DNA of 64,000 nucleotides. Source: Eledone cirrhosa. Its lineage: Eukaryota. Position 1 is the first letter of the stretch, and each line of letters begins with the position of its first letter. The stretch is from assembly GCA_964016885.1 (NCBI GenBank), contig OZ024753.1:34968001-35032000 (forward strand), in the 5' to 3' direction. The notes under the pieces are model-generated. The model was not told the DNA's origin, ran no database searches, and was given only the letters and a program-made list of their open reading frames with translations. Of this stretch, positions 1 through 14,220 are shown in pieces. The position numbers and the translations under genes were made by a program.

Positions 1-100
1 TATGAACAACCTCCTGAAGTAACCCTCTTGTTGAGTCAAACACCACTGTATGTTGAGACAGTCCTTGATAAGGGTTACACTAACTCTTGAATTAGAGTAA
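1..100 (-). CDS. Possible further exon (YSNSRVSVTLIKDCLNIQWCLTQQEGYFRRLFI), truncated by the window edge
   Basis: Good acceptor (tttttcgttttcag| at 101-102) and phase compatible with exon 4187-4278. Similarity to NBEAL is poor, and the plus strand resembles a decayed hammerhead element (CTGAAG..AAACA..TGTA; ACTC..GAGT). Confidence 0.25.
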
Positions 101-189
101 CTGAAAACGAAAAATTGTTAATCTATCTATCTACCTATATGTTAGACATAGCCTGGGCCAATACTGGCCAAAACCTATCAAAGTTATAT

Positions 190-475
190 ATATCTATCTA
201 TCTGGGGCGGGTAAAATTCCTGAGATCCATGGACGAGTTCTCTCCAGCGGTCTCTGTCCCTCATTATCGCTGCCATGTCCTGTGTCTCCAAGAGACCATT
301 GTCTGTCCTTAGGGCATCAGCATATGTTAACTTCGGTCTTCCTCTTCTAGTGTGTCCATACAGGGGCTCCCACAGGAGCACTGAGTGCAGTGTCAACTTT
401 GGATGTCGGTGAGCATGTCCAGCTAACCTCAGTTTTCTCTGTGTCACTTTGAGCTGATCAATAGCGTAACACACA
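190..475 (-). mobile_element. RTE-like LINE 3' end
   Basis: RLAGHAHRH..LWEP..GRPKLTY..MRDRDRWRE, a typical RTE/RTE-X C-terminus. Confidence 0.8.
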
Positions 476-1181
476 TAACTACTCAAACATAATGAAGACA
501 TAATAAATCATCCTTTTATTATTTTCATATATATATACATACATATATGTATGTGTGTGGCTGCAAAAAGTTTCCCCACTGAACAGATACTTAAGAAAAT
601 TGCTCGATAAAGTCATATTAATAAATAATGAAAATGTCCAGTGCCCGAGGTAGTATTTTAAAACATAGTTCACAGACAAGTGAAGGTGAAGAAAGATGAA
701 GGAAAGAAACTACAGATCGATAATGGTTATGCTGTGTGTGTGAGTGTCTGTTATGTATGTAAGTCTGTGTGCATGTATATGGGTGTAAGTGCACAGAAGA
801 AATAGTGTGTGAGTGTCTGTTCTGTATGCAAGTCTGTGTGCATGTATATGGGTGTAAGAAGTGCACAGAAGAAATAGTGTGTGAGTGCCTGTTATGTGTG
901 CAAGTCTGTGTGCATGAAATCTTGAAATCTTAATGTTCTTGAAATCTTAAGTGCACAGAAGAAATACATACGTTTTTCAAATTGATAGGCTTGAAAACAA
1001 GCAGTTGGTAACATGAAGAAAATAGAAATGTCGTGTTTCTTTAATATAATTTATTGCAGTAACATATTAAAGTGTTCAACTTCTATTACCACATTTTACT
1101 GAGTATTTTGCCAAGTTTTGCTGCAACATAAAGCTAAATAAGTGTAAACCAACTAACCAAACGGCCATTAGATCTTTCCTT

Positions 1182-1665
1182 TCACCATCATTGTCACCAT
1201 CATCATTATCATCATCATCATCATTAATGCACTCACCAACATAATTATCATCATCATCATCAATGTCATCAACATAATTTTCATCATTGTCATCACCATT
1301 GCCATCACTATCACCATCACCATCACCATCATCAATGTCATCACCAACATAATTTTTCACCACCACCACCACCACCACCACCATCACCATCATCGTCACC
1401 ATCATTGTCATCATCATCATCAATGTCATCACCATCATCACCACTCCCCCCATCATCATCCACTTCACCATTATCATTATCATCATCATCATCAATGTCA
1501 TTGCCAACATAATTTTCATCATCACCATCATCACCACCACCATCACCATCATTGTCACCATCATCATTATCATTATCCTCATCACCGCCCCCACCCCCAC
1601 CCCCATCACCACCATCACCACCACCACCACCACCACCACCACCACCACCACCACCATCATCATCA
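1182..1665. repeat. (CAT/CAC)n compound microsatellite
   Basis: Degenerate trinucleotide tract. Confidence 0.9.
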
Positions 1666-3682
1666 TAAGTAGCACTCTAGGTATATTACTCATGATTTAG
1701 CTGAGATGGTTTCTGAAAAAAGACCCACTCGTCTTCCAGCTCTTCCAACCTTGCATTAATTCATTGAAGTTTTCATGCTTAAATAGTTGATATAGTTCTG
1801 TACTTGTGTTAAAGCTATTTGTATCATTCTGTAGAAGCTTTCAAGCAAGTATTGTTGTTATCTTTTTACACTTGAATAGCAGTCCTTAACATGAACTACT
1901 CAAGTGACTAGGAGTTGCATAAATATAGAATATATCTTCTGGAGCAAAATAGAAGTCAAGGAAATTAGCAATGTTCTGTGTCAGTAAGAAGACATACAAA
2001 TAGTTCAAACAGTGGAATGAATGTTATACCATGAGCAGTTTCAAGTATTTCTATGTCTTCTCAATGATAATATTTCAACTTTTGGCACAAGGCCAGCAAT
2101 TACCCCAGTGCATGGCCAGTTTAAATGCTAAAGGGTTAAATGCAGCTTCACCAATAGAAACAGCAAGCTCTCCACCTTCAACCTTCTTATTAAAACTCAT
2201 AAAACAGGGCCCAATTTAAAAATTAGACCTAATGTTTCCAGTCTAAACAGTCCTTTCTATAACCTTCCTTGTTTCTCTCCAGACTTCTCAAACCAAACGA
2301 GTTCTTCCCCAGGACATGTAGACAGCTCCTACGAAGTAATCAACAGACTGAAAGACATTAACCCCACCACACTTAGACAGCATAGAGACCCTTTTAGCTT
2401 AGTTGGATAGACCTAGGACTATGGTAAAGGACACTTGCCCTACATGACTCACAGTGAGTATTTGTTTTGGCCACTGTATATGAGCTTCAAAATCTTTTAA
2501 GTCAATTAATTCTTCAAGAAAGTTTATTTTGCCTCCAGTTTGCCTTCCCGATTTAAATATTTTATTTTATTTTATCTTATTTTATTTTTTAAATTCAAAT
2601 TTTTATTTTTATATTCACGTATATCTCTCTTTTTTTGTTTGTTTCTCAACTGTAAAAAGTACTAGATACTTCCCCAAGTCTGTCATGGCTTACTAGCTCT
2701 ATACGTTTAAATTGATTCAATAAATAGATAAATAAGGTTCACTCAGGTATTTGCAGTTCATTAAAATCATTAAGTCTGATCAGAATATTTAATATCTTTC
2801 AATAATTAATATTTTTTAGTGCCTAAAGATGGGAATGTTAACACTCCAAATCAATACTTCACATCAAACCACTATCATTATTTCCAGTGGATTGGCAGTA
2901 TTAGTAGAGGGTCTGACGCCATGCTTTGCAGCAAAGAGTTACAGCCCTTTATGGTCTGAGTTCAAATCCCGCCGAGGTTATCTTTGCCTTTCATCCTTAC
3001 GGGATGAAAGGCAAAGCTATCCTCGGCAGGATTTGAACTCCACACATTAAGGGCCATAACTATATCTTGCAAATCATGATGTCCGACACTGTCAATCCCC
3101 TGCCCTATGAAAGCATTAATAATGAATTGTTACAGTCAATTGTTACAGTTCCTCAATTATAGTATTAATTTTTCAATGAGGTTTATACTAGCTATTATAA
3201 AATAGTCACTGGTCAATCATTTTAATCTTTTGAGCAAGATAATTTACTTTTATCCTGCTGCAGATTGAAATAATTTATCGCCCAGTAATTTACTATATAA
3301 TTGCATTAATTTAACCATGAAATTTAAAACCAGCATAAAATAAAGCCGCTAGTCAATAAAATTTTAATCTTTAATGGTTTTTAATTAGTTGGTTATAATT
3401 AGTTCTTTCACTGAAAATTTGATAAACTAAAAAAAAATCATTATGGCAAACTTTGATAAAAGTATATTGCTTTCACGTATGAAAGCATGTGGTTTAGTAG
3501 TTAGAATGTTTGGCTCATGATCGCAAGGTTGTGAGTTCAACTCCCAGCAATGCATTGTGTCCTTTAACAAAAAACTTTACTTTATGTATCTAAAGTCAAC
3601 TCAGCTGGAATAAAAGGAGTTGTATTTCAAAGGACATGCCTTATCACATATTGCATTATGCTGAATCTCCCTGAGAAGTACA

Positions 3683-4106
3683 TTAACCCTTTAGCATTCA
3701 CATTACTTTATATTTACGAGGCTGTGTCCCCATTAGTACTTTGGAAACCACAAGCAGTCACTAATAACAGGGGGTGCAAGCTCCCCTATCCCGATGTCAT
3801 CTTCAGAGATTCTGGTGTTGAAATCCAGAACTTGGCAACGGCAATGAACGACAGACCCACGTGGAGATCAATTGTTGAGTCCATTTCGTCTGAGGCCACC
3901 AGATGATGATGATGATGATGATATTTACTATTGTATTTTCACAGAAAACGCTTTACCTCACATATCAAATCTACAAGATTTTGATATTATTTATTTTGAG
4001 AACAATACCTTAATGGCGGTATGAGTGGCCAGTTACGACCGGTTTGAACAGAAAGAGGTGAGAGAATTCTGGCCGGATATGGCTGCTTTAAATGCTAAAG
4101 GGTTAA
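3683..4106. mobile_element. TTAA-flanked (piggyBac-like) MITE containing an RTE 3' fragment (~3717-3921)
   Basis: TTAA|CCCTTTAGCATT...AATGCTAAAGGG|TTAA. The insert (AMNDRPTWRSIV, (GAT)n) is flanked by an atatttac duplication. Confidence 0.75.
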
Positions 4107-4186
4107 ATGGGTTAAAGGTGGATACTATCCATACTATATCAAATGAGTTATTAACTGAACAATATGAAAGATCTAAAGTAACTTAC

Positions 4187-4278
4187 TCAGTATTTGAATC
4201 ATAAAATTCCGATCCCAATACATCTTTGTAAATATCAAGAAAGTGGTAAACGTAGTCTTCAAAATCCTTTTGCTCATT
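4187..4278 (-). CDS. NBEAL1: Neurobeachin-like protein, second coding exon: NEQKDFEDYVYHFLDIYKDVLGSEFYDSNT(E/D)
   Basis: Acceptor ttgttttatgtttcttttacag| and donor |gtaagt; 92 nt open in phase 0, continuing exon 1. The F-x3-Y-x3-L-x3-F spacing matches NBEAL1 [25 protein letters not shown] as recalled. Confidence 0.8.
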
Positions 4279-4441
4279 CTGTAAAAGAAACATAAAACAA
4301 ATATGTTAACAACTAATAAACGTTTTGTATATGTTACAAGTTTTTAAACAGCTTGTACTTAGGCAAGTTTAGCTCACTCCATTATGTATCTTATAGGAAG
4401 TTTCTTGGGTGAAAATTTAGGGCAAAGGAAATTCCACCCTA

Positions 4442-6637
4442 CCTTCCCACTGTAAAGGCAGCCAGTCCACGCTGTAAAGTCGTCATGTAGGTGTCACAAC
4501 AAAAAGCACCCAGTCCACACTGTAAAGTCATCATGTAGGTGTCACAACAAAAAGCACCCAGTCCACACTGTAAAGTCGTCATGTAGGTGTCACAACAAAA
4601 AGCACCCAGTCCACACTGTAAAGTCGTCATGTAGGTGTCACGACAAAAAGCACCCAGTCCACGCTGTAAAGTCGTCATGTAGGTGTCACGACAAAAAGCA
4701 CCCAGTCCACACTGTAAAGTCGTCATGTAGGTGTCACGACAAAAAGCACCCAGTCTACACTGTAAAGTCGTCATGTTGGTGTCACGACAAAAAGCACCCA
4801 GTCTACACTGTAAAGTCGTCATGTTGGTGTCACGACAAAAAGCACCCAGTCTACACTGTAAAGTCGTCATGTAGGTGTCACGACAAAAAGCACCCAGTCT
4901 ACACTGTAAAGTCATCATGTAGGTGTCACGACAAAAAGCACCCAGTCCACACTGTAAAGTCGTCATGTAGGTGTCACGACAAAAAGCAGCCAGTCCACAC
5001 TGTAAAGTCGTCATGTAGGTGTCACGACAAAAAGCACCCAGTCCACACTGTAAAGTCATCATGTAGGTGTCACGACAAAAAGCACCCAGTCTACACTGTA
5101 AAGTCGTCATGTAGGTGTCACGACAAAAAGCACCCAGTCTACACTGTAAAGTCGTCATGTAGGTGTCACGACAAAAAGCACCCAGTCTACACTGTAAAGT
5201 CGTCATGTAGGTGTCACGACAAAAAGCACCCAGTCCACACTGTAAAGTCGTCATGTTGGTGTCACGACAAAAAGCACCCAGTCCACACTGTAAAGTCGTC
5301 ATGTAGGTGTCACGACAAAAAGCACCCAGTCCACACTGTAAAGTCGTCATGTAGGTGTCACGACAAAAAGCACCCAGTCCACACTGTAAAGTCGTCATGT
5401 AGGTGTCACGACAAAAAGCACCCAGTCCACACTGTAAAGTCGTCATGTAGGTGTCACGACAAAAAGCACCCAGTCTACACTGTAAAGTCGTCATGTAGGT
5501 GTCACGACAAAAAGCACCCAGTCGACACTGTAAAGTCGTCATGTAGGTGTCACGACAAAAAGCACCCAGTCTACACTGTAAAGTCGTCATGTAGGTGTCA
5601 CGACAAAAAGCACCCAGTCCACACTGTAAAGTCGTCATGTAGGTGTCACGACAAAAAGCACCCAGTCCACACTGTAAAGTCGTCATGTAGGTGTCACGAC
5701 AAAAAGCACCCAGTCCACACTGTAAAGTCGTCATGTTGGTGTCACGACAAAAAGCACCCAGTCCACACTGTAAAGTCGTCATGTAGGTGTCACGACAAAA
5801 AGCACCCAGTCTACACTTTAAAGTCGTCATGTAGGTGTCACGACAAAAAGCACCCAGTCTACACTGTAAAGTCGTCATGTAGGTGTCACGACAAAAAGCA
5901 CCCAGTCTACACTGTAAAGTCGTCATGTAGGTGTCACGACAAAAAGCACCCAGTCCACACTGTAAAGTCGTCATGTTGGTGTCACGACAAAAAGCACCCA
6001 GTCCACACTGTAAAGTCGTCATGTAGGTGTCACGACAAAAAGCACCCAGTCTACACTTTAAAGTCGTCATGTAGGTGTCACGACAAAAAGCACCCAGTCT
6101 ACACTGTAAAGTCGTCATGTAGGTGTCACGACAAAAAGCACCCAGTCCACACTTTAAAGTCGTCATGTAGGTGTCACGACAAAAAGCACCCAGTCCACAC
6201 TGTAAAGTCGTCATGTAGGTGTCACGACAAAAAGCACCCAGTCTACACTTTAAAGTCGTCATGTAGGTGTCACGACAAAAAGCACCCAGTCCACACTGTA
6301 AAGTCGTCATGTTGGTGTCACGACAAAAAGCACCCAGTCCACACTGTAAAGTCGTCATGTAGGTGTCACGACAAAAAGCACCCAGTCTACACTTTAAAGT
6401 CGTCATGTTGGTGTCACGACAAAAAGCACCCAGTCCACACTGTAAAGTCGTCATGTTGGTGTCACGACAAAAAGCACCCAGTCCACACTGTAAAGTCGTC
6501 ATGTTGGTGTCACGACAAAAAGCACCCAGTCCACACTGTAAAGTCGTCATGTAGGTGTCACGACAAAAAGCACCCAGTCCACACTGTAAAGTCGTCATGT
6601 AGGTGTCACGACAAAAAGCACCCAGTCCACACTGTAA
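4442..6637. repeat. 48-bp minisatellite, ~45 copies
   Basis: Unit aaaaagcacccagtccacactgtaaagtcgtcatgtaggtgtcacgac; source of the 748-aa ORF. Confidence 0.97.
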
Positions 6638-9465
6638 AATGAGGTTGGCATTAGGAAGGGCAACCAGCTGAAGAAATGAAGCCAAAATCAGTTGTGTATG
6701 TGCAAGACATGGTCACTTGACCTAGCATTGCCCACAACAGGACAACTTGTCTAACCCATGCTAACGTGGAAAAATGGGTGTAAAACAGTGATGATGATGA
6801 TGAACCCCAGTACTTGACAGGTACTTTATTTTATTGACCTCAGAAGGATGAAAGGCAAAGTTGACCTCGGCGGGATTTGAACCCAGAATGTAAAGGGCCG
6901 TAGCTATAAATCCACTGCCCAACTAATGACATTATAATAATTGTTTCTACTTTAAGCACAAGGCCAGCAATTTGGGGAGGGGAAAGTTGAATAAATTGAC
7001 CCCAGTGCATGACTGGTACTTTATCTTATTGACCCCTGTAAGGATGAAAGGCAAAGCTAACCTCGGCGAGATCTGAATTCAGAATGTAAAGGGCCGTAAC
7101 TTTCTGCCATGAAGTATGTTGTTCAACGCTCTACCAATTCTGCCAAGCCATCGCCCTTTAATAACATTGTAATAATGGTTTCTTATATAGGCACAAGGCC
7201 AGCAATTTTGGGGGAGAGGAAGTTCGATTAAATCGACACCAGTGCATGACTGGTATTTTATTTTATCGATCCTTGTAAGGATGAACAGCAAAGTTAACCT
7301 CAGTGGGATTTGAACTTTATGTGGATTGCCAGTATCGGTAGAGGGTCGGACGCCATGCTTTCCAGCATAGTTACGACCCTTGCCATTCTGAGTTCAAATC
7401 CCGCCGAGGTTAACTTTGCCTTTCATCCTTACGGGGTCGATAAAATAAAGTACCAGTAATGCACTGGATAATTGCTGGCCTTGTGCCTAAAGTAGAAACA
7501 ATTATTATAATTGTTTCTACTTTTGGCACAAGGTCAGCAATTATCCAGTAAGGATGAAAGGTAAAGTTAACCTCGGCAGGATTTGAACTCAGAATGGCAA
7601 GGGTCGTAACTCTATGTGTCAAAGCATGGCGTCTGGCCCTCTACCGATACTGCTAAAACCATTATGTTAAACCATTCACTTAGCTCTGCAAACCATTAAG
7701 TTAAAGTTGAGACACATTGTAAGACATATAATGAGGAGAAGACAGCAAAACTAATTATAATCAGATAAAATGTATTAGAATTTTTTTTTTATTTCCTAGT
7801 AAATTCCACAGACATGTATCCTGGAATCAAAACGTATCCACTAATTTATAGGATCCAAAACAATTAACTTGTATGTAGTAAAACATTTTACAGACATCTA
7901 GGAGTGTCAGATCAGTTTTCATGGAAATTAATACAAAAGTTTCAAAAAGGAGAGATTGTGTTCGAAAGTAAAACAAAATGAAACTTTTACTAGTAAATTA
8001 AAACATATATAAACATAAGGATTACCTGTAGGTCAGTTCTAATTTACTTGGTTGATAATTTTATAGGATATTCAATAGAATTCTTAGCTTTAAAAACTAA
8101 AATGTTCATGTATGAAGTAACTTAAATTAAAAACAGAAGCGTGCAGTCTTAAAAAGTAGCAAAATCTGTTATTTGTAAGCAAATCTAAGAGTAGTGGATT
8201 TGCAGAATCGGTAGAGTGTCGGACAACATGCTAGCATGGAAAAGCAGAGGGATGATGATGATGATGGATGATAAAATAGAAAGTATCTTGACAACATCCA
8301 TCCAAGACAAATGGTACTTCTTTCCCCACTTAGACAAGTTCATTCATCATCATTTCATTTTACGTCCGCTTTTTCCCTGCTTGCAAGGGTGGGACGGGAA
8401 CTGATTCTGGCTTGATTTCTACAGCTGGATGCCCTTCCTAACACCAACCTCATTTTACAGTGAGTGCTGGGTGCTTTTTTGCCGTGGCACCTACACGACC
8501 ACTTTGCAGTGGAATGATATGGACCCCAGTCTCTATCATCTCATTTCTACAGCTGAGTAAACTGGAGCAATGTGAAATAAAGTGTCTTGCTCAAGGAAAC
8601 AACACATCACACTATTTTTGATTTGTACTGTTAATAAAATTTTATTGGAACTTTCTTTCAGATTAAAAAAACAAAAAGGTATTCTGAATACAAACAAAAT
8701 TTAAAAAAATAGATAACTTTGCTTCTCTTTTTTTTTTTTTTTTTTTGTAAAGACTTCTGCACTGAAATGACATGACAACAACAAGCAATTTGAAAAAATG
8801 AGTGATATGAGAAAATGGCAATGGACAATATAGAATAATTGATTTCTTTGTTATTATTGATATGTAATGCAAATAGGGTAAAAACAATGCTTTCAAGTTA
8901 GATTGTGGAGGGTATACATGACAAGTACTTGAGTGAGTTATAAATAGCTTATATATATAGAATGATGGATTACTGGCGAGATGATACATGACTGAGACGC
9001 ATGAATGATGTTCAATAGCAAGCTGATCTAATCAATAACTGGTAATTGTTTATTTTTTGTGTGTGTCTTGTTTTGTTTTGCCTTTTTATTTATTCTCTTA
9101 TTCTTTTTATTTGTTTCAGCCATTTGTCTATGGCCAGGCTGGGGCACCTCCTTGAAAGGATTTAATTGATAATGTTGACCCTGATACATTTTTTTTTCTT
9201 TTTGAAATCTGGTAATTATTAATATTGATCGTTTTTTTTGTCAAATTGATAAGTTACAGGACATAAACACAGACACACACGTAAACAGAGACACACACAA
9301 ATGTAAACACAGACCCACACACGTAAAGAGACACACACACATAAATGTAAACACAGACATACATTATATATATATATATATATATATATAGGGCCCCATT
9401 TATGGATTAAATAATTACCATATTCAAGTGGCGCCGATAAGGTATTATCAACCATAGAAAAGAAA

Positions 9466-9675
9466 CATTCAGAGTTGACACTGCACTCGGTGGTCCTGTG
9501 GGAGCCCCTACATAGACACACTGGAAGAGGGAGACCGAGGATCACATATGTTGATGTCCTAAGGACAGACACTGGTCTCTGGGAGGTGCAGGACATAGTG
9601 GCGATGATGAAGGACAGAGACTGCTGGAGAGAGCTTGTCCATGGATCTCAGGGGTTTACCCACCCAAAATATATA
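9466..9675 (+). mobile_element. RTE-like LINE 3' end
   Basis: Same family as 190-475 (LWEPLH..GRPRITY..MKDRDCWRE). Confidence 0.8.
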
Positions 9676-9926
9676 CATTCAAAATAAGGGGGAAGACAGG
9701 ACAAAAACAATGGAAAAAAAGAAAAAAAAACAGAAAAAAATAGAGTCCTATTTCCTCAGGCAACCTCTGGAAATCACTACAGTAACAAATATTGATTAAT
9801 TAGTTAATTGGTATTTTCAATTACATTCATTTCATTAATGAAACATAGATAGAAGAAATGTTTTGATCCTTGCAATCTCTTTGGTTTTCCTTTCAATACA
9901 ATATATATATATATTTTCCTTTCAAT

Positions 9927-9992
<66 letters not shown>

Positions 9993-10341
9993 CATCATCA
10001 TCATTTTCCATCCGCTTTTCGCTGCTTGCAAGGGTGGGTTGGGAACTGATTCTGGCTTGATTTCTACAGCTGGATGCCCTTCCTAACACCAACCTCATTT
10101 ACAGTGAGTGCTGGGTGCTTTTTTGCCGTGGCACCTCCACGAACACTTTGCAGTGGAATGATAGGGACCCCAGTCTCTATCATCTCATTTCTACAGCTGA
10201 GTAAACTGGAGCAATGTGAAATAAAGTGTCTTGCTCAAGGAAACAACACATCACCTGGTCTGAGAATTGAACTTACAACCTTTCGATTGCAAAGCCAATG
10301 CTCTAACCACTAAGCCATGTGCCTATATATATATATATATA

Positions 10342-10377
<36 letters not shown>

Positions 10378-10593
10378 CATACATACATATATATACATAC
10401 ATACATACACATATATATATATACATACATACACATATATATATATACATACATACATACACATATATATATATATATACATACATACATATATATATAT
10501 ATACATACATATATATATATATACATACATATATATATATATATACATACATACATATATATATATATATACATACATACATACATACATACA

Positions 10594-10629
<36 letters not shown>

Positions 10630-10664
10630 TATACATACATACATACATACATATATATATATAC

Positions 10665-11275
10665 ATGGTGGCTGCCAATTCGTTTTTGAGTACGGCCACT
10701 ATTTTATATCCATGTAGGAGAACCCCTACTGATGCGCTAAACGAGTGTGACTTTTTAGTCCAGCCAGCAACTTGAAAACTCTGGTACAAACACTACACTT
10801 GTGACAATTATTGACACATAGTGCTGGGCCCATGGTACCATGTGACGACAAGTGCAGAGAGATCTCCAGATATAAAGCAATGCCTGTGCCGTGAAGCTTT
10901 TATAGTGAGCTAAGGCACTGCACAAAGCCAGTCCCACTCTCTTAACCAAGATGATATTTACCAAAAAGAAGAACAAGTCAACATCATTGGATACCATCAG
11001 GGTTGCAGGTGTTATACCAGAGTTTTCCTTCTCCTAGAATTCTGCCTTGACAAAGGCTAAGGGGTCATCTCTCCCAGTGATTTTGGATGGCCATTGACTC
11101 TTAGGAGCTCCTTTACCCTTTGACAGGTTTTGTTTTTAGTCCTGCAGGATGTCCAAAGTCACCCTCCTCACCAAGAAACCTTGGTGGGGTTGCCAGTTTA
11201 GTCGCCAATGACCCGACCATGAGACAGGTTGTACTGGGATACATGTTACCAGTAGCACCAGCTGGTGACCTGACA
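10665..11275 (-). mobile_element. Probable degenerate RTE 5' region between microsatellites
   Basis: Minus strand reads agccttt..aggcag..tctaggagaaggaaaactctg, a motif recalled from RTE 5'UTRs. Confidence 0.4.
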
Positions 11276-11284
11276 TTAATATAT

Positions 11285-11329
<45 letters not shown>

Positions 11330-11369
11330 TACATACATACATACATACATACATACATACATACATACA

Positions 11370-11405
<36 letters not shown>

Positions 11406-12647
11406 TATATCTATATATATCAGGATATAACCAGTTTTAAACTAAGACCATTTCTCAACAGAGTACTTGATACTTGGGATAGTAGAGTGTGACTAAATTA
11501 TAAAGAGTTGGGGCCCGATGGCTGAGCTCTTGCCCTTTATTTAGGGGCTACTCAAAGATTTTTAGAGGACAACACCAACATACCCTGTTGTAATGTGTAA
11601 TTCAGAAAGTAAACATGTCTTCTTTTTATTTTTATTCTGATTAATTTTTATTGATTTGTTTCTTCTTTTGTAAATCCTATTCGATATAGAAATTGTATTG
11701 ATAAATTGCGTAATACTAGAAATTGATCTATATCTGAGTGTGTATGTGTGTATGTGTGTGTGTGTTATGCTGGAACCACAAAACATCCAGCCCACACGAT
11801 AAATGTGGTTGGCGCTAAGAAGGGCATCCAGCTGTAGAAAACCAGACAGAAACAGTCCTATATGAGCGAGACACTGTCACTTGACCCAACTTGCCTCTAA
11901 ATGGGACAAATTTGTCTAACCCATGCTAGCGTGGAAGATAGACGTTAAACGATGATGATGATGATGATGTATATATATTTGTATCATTTAGTCAATTCGT
12001 CTAACCCATGCTAGCGTGGAAGATAGACGTTAAACGATGATGATGATGAAGATGATGATGATGTATATATATTTGTATCATTTAGTCAATTCGTCTAACC
12101 CATGCTAGCGTGGAAGATAGACGTTAAACGATGATGATGATGTATATATATGTGTATCATTTAGTCAGGAGGTGAAGTACCCATAAAATAAAATAACATA
12201 GTCAATATCATGTTGTAGTCCCTCTCTACTTTTCTCCATGTTCAACTCATAATCTACCTACATTATACATTTACTTCGATAAAATAAAGTACCAGTAATG
12301 TACTGGGTAATTGCTGGCCTTGTGCCAAAAGTAGAAACAATTATACATTTACTTCAAACCAATGAGAGAGACTCTATGCAATTACTCAACCTGCTATAAA
12401 TAACAGCCAAATCTGCCTCAAATCACAGCATACTGTCTTGAAAATAGAGATGACACATTGTATAATATAGTCATAAAAATGACAAGATGGTCATGACTCA
12501 AATAGGTTTGCTCTATCAGGGTTTAAGTAGAGCTAACAACAACAACATTTGGGTTCAAGACTATTTTCTTCAAACAGTTTCTTTCCTTTTTTTTTTTTTT
12601 ATCAAGTACTATTCAAATGATTAGAATGCGGATTATATGTTTTATGG

Positions 12648-12815
12648 TAGTGGTTCCCAAAAGTGGGTTCTACAAAGGAGTGTCTAGGGTTCTGTGAAAA
12701 AAAGTAGAGGAATATATTTATATTACAACCATATAACAGTATTAGGCTTTGAGGTTCCCCCAAAAGTTTCTGAACCAAAAAGGGTTCCGCATTTGAAAAA
12801 GTTTGGGAAACCCTG
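12648..12815. mobile_element. Degenerate hAT-type MITE
   Basis: Ends tagtggttcccaaa / tttgggaaaccctg; partial TSD ..tatgg. Confidence 0.6.
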
Positions 12816-13879
12816 CTATATGGTATTTGGTCTGACTCCTCTGTACTCGAAGTTGAAATCCCATCAATGTCAAATTTGCCTTTCATCCTTTTGAAGTCAA
12901 TAATTTAAGTACACTGAGTTTAAATCCTGCCAAAGTCAACTTTGCTTTTCATCCTTCTAGGGGTCAATAAAACATAGCACTAGTTAAGTACTGGGGTCAA
13001 TATAATCAGCTTTTCTTTTCCCCTAAGTGGCAGGCTTTGTGCCTATGTTAGAAAAAATTATCAAGGTGGTGTCTGGAACATAATAAGAGTTTTACATAAA
13101 ATTATGATGGAAAGTTTTTAGATAAATAAAAACAGTTTAAAATAAACATTTTTGTATTATAGAACCAGGAAGATTTCAGGTGGTTTTGTATCAAAAGGGT
13201 TAAAAAATGAAGAGCATATCTGGTTCTAGATTACATTATGTCAGACAAAAATAAAAAATACAGGTTCTGGTCAAATGTTTTTTGTTCAGCTCAATCATGA
13301 CAGAGTGGGACGAGAGCTAAACAATAAAATAATACAATCTTCTAAATATAGTAGGGGTGACCTCAATAATAATTGTCTGTGTGTATATATATATATATAT
13401 ACATATGTATATGTATGAATGCATGTGTACATATATGTGTGTGTATGTATATACATATATATATATATATATATACACATCATCATCATCATCATCATTT
13501 TACGTCCGCTTTTCCCTGCTTGCAAGGGTGGGACGGGAACTGATTCTGGCTTGATTTCTACAGCTGGATGCCCTTCCTAACACCAACCTCATTTACAGTG
13601 AGTGCTGGGTGCTTTTTTTCTGTGGCGCCTACACGTCCACTTTACAGTGTGAGCTGGGTGCTTTTTTGCCGTGGCACCTCCACGACCACTTTGCAGTGGA
13701 ATGATAGGGATCACAGTCCTATCATCTCATTTCTACAGCTAAGTAAACTGGAGCAATGTGAAATAAAGTATCTTGCTCAAGGACACAACACATCACCCGA
13801 TCTGAGAATTGAACTCACAATCTTTTGATTGCAAGGCCAATGCTCTGACCACTAATCTCTGGCAGGTTTTTTTTTACAG

Positions 13880-14220
13880 CTGGACCAGATTTACAGTGTG
13901 GACTGGGAGCCTTTTCACTGTGTCTCCTACACGGCTACTTTACAGTGTGGACTGTTGTGTCATCGACACAGCGGACGGAACGGGAGAGAGAGGATGGGGT
14001 AGGGTGTGGCGGTGGGGTGTACATTGAGTTAAGAGGTGCCTACTGGCTGTAGGTTTGTATGCAATGGTAGTCGGGTCTTCTGTACAATTGCATGGCGCCA
14101 AAGGTCTTGATCCAGTGTCATTTGTCTTAGAGAGGTGTAGGTGGGCAAGGTCAGTTTTTATCACCTCATCCCAGGTTTTTCTTGGTCTACCCACTCCACA
14201 GCTTCCATCAATTTTCATAT
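13880..14220 (-). mobile_element. RTE LINE 3' fragment (same family as 52920-54061)
   Basis: GVGRPRKTWDEVIKTDL translation and shared UTR subunits. Confidence 0.8.

Noticed and set aside
1690-1940. Candidate minus-strand exon
   Set aside because: In-frame stops in the phase needed after exon 2, and no NBEAL similarity.
4439-6685. 748-aa Cys-rich repeat ORF
   Set aside because: Translation of a 48-bp SINE-derived minisatellite; non-ATG start, no splice context.
10267-10789. YI/HT/MYVC-rich ORFs (also ~24.6-25.4, 47.6-48.2 and 56-58 kb)
   Set aside because: Microsatellite translations.
11170-11275. HDV-like ribozyme at the putative RTE 5' end (CCAGU...CUAA-ACUGG)
   Set aside because: Could not build P1/P1.1 consistently by eye.
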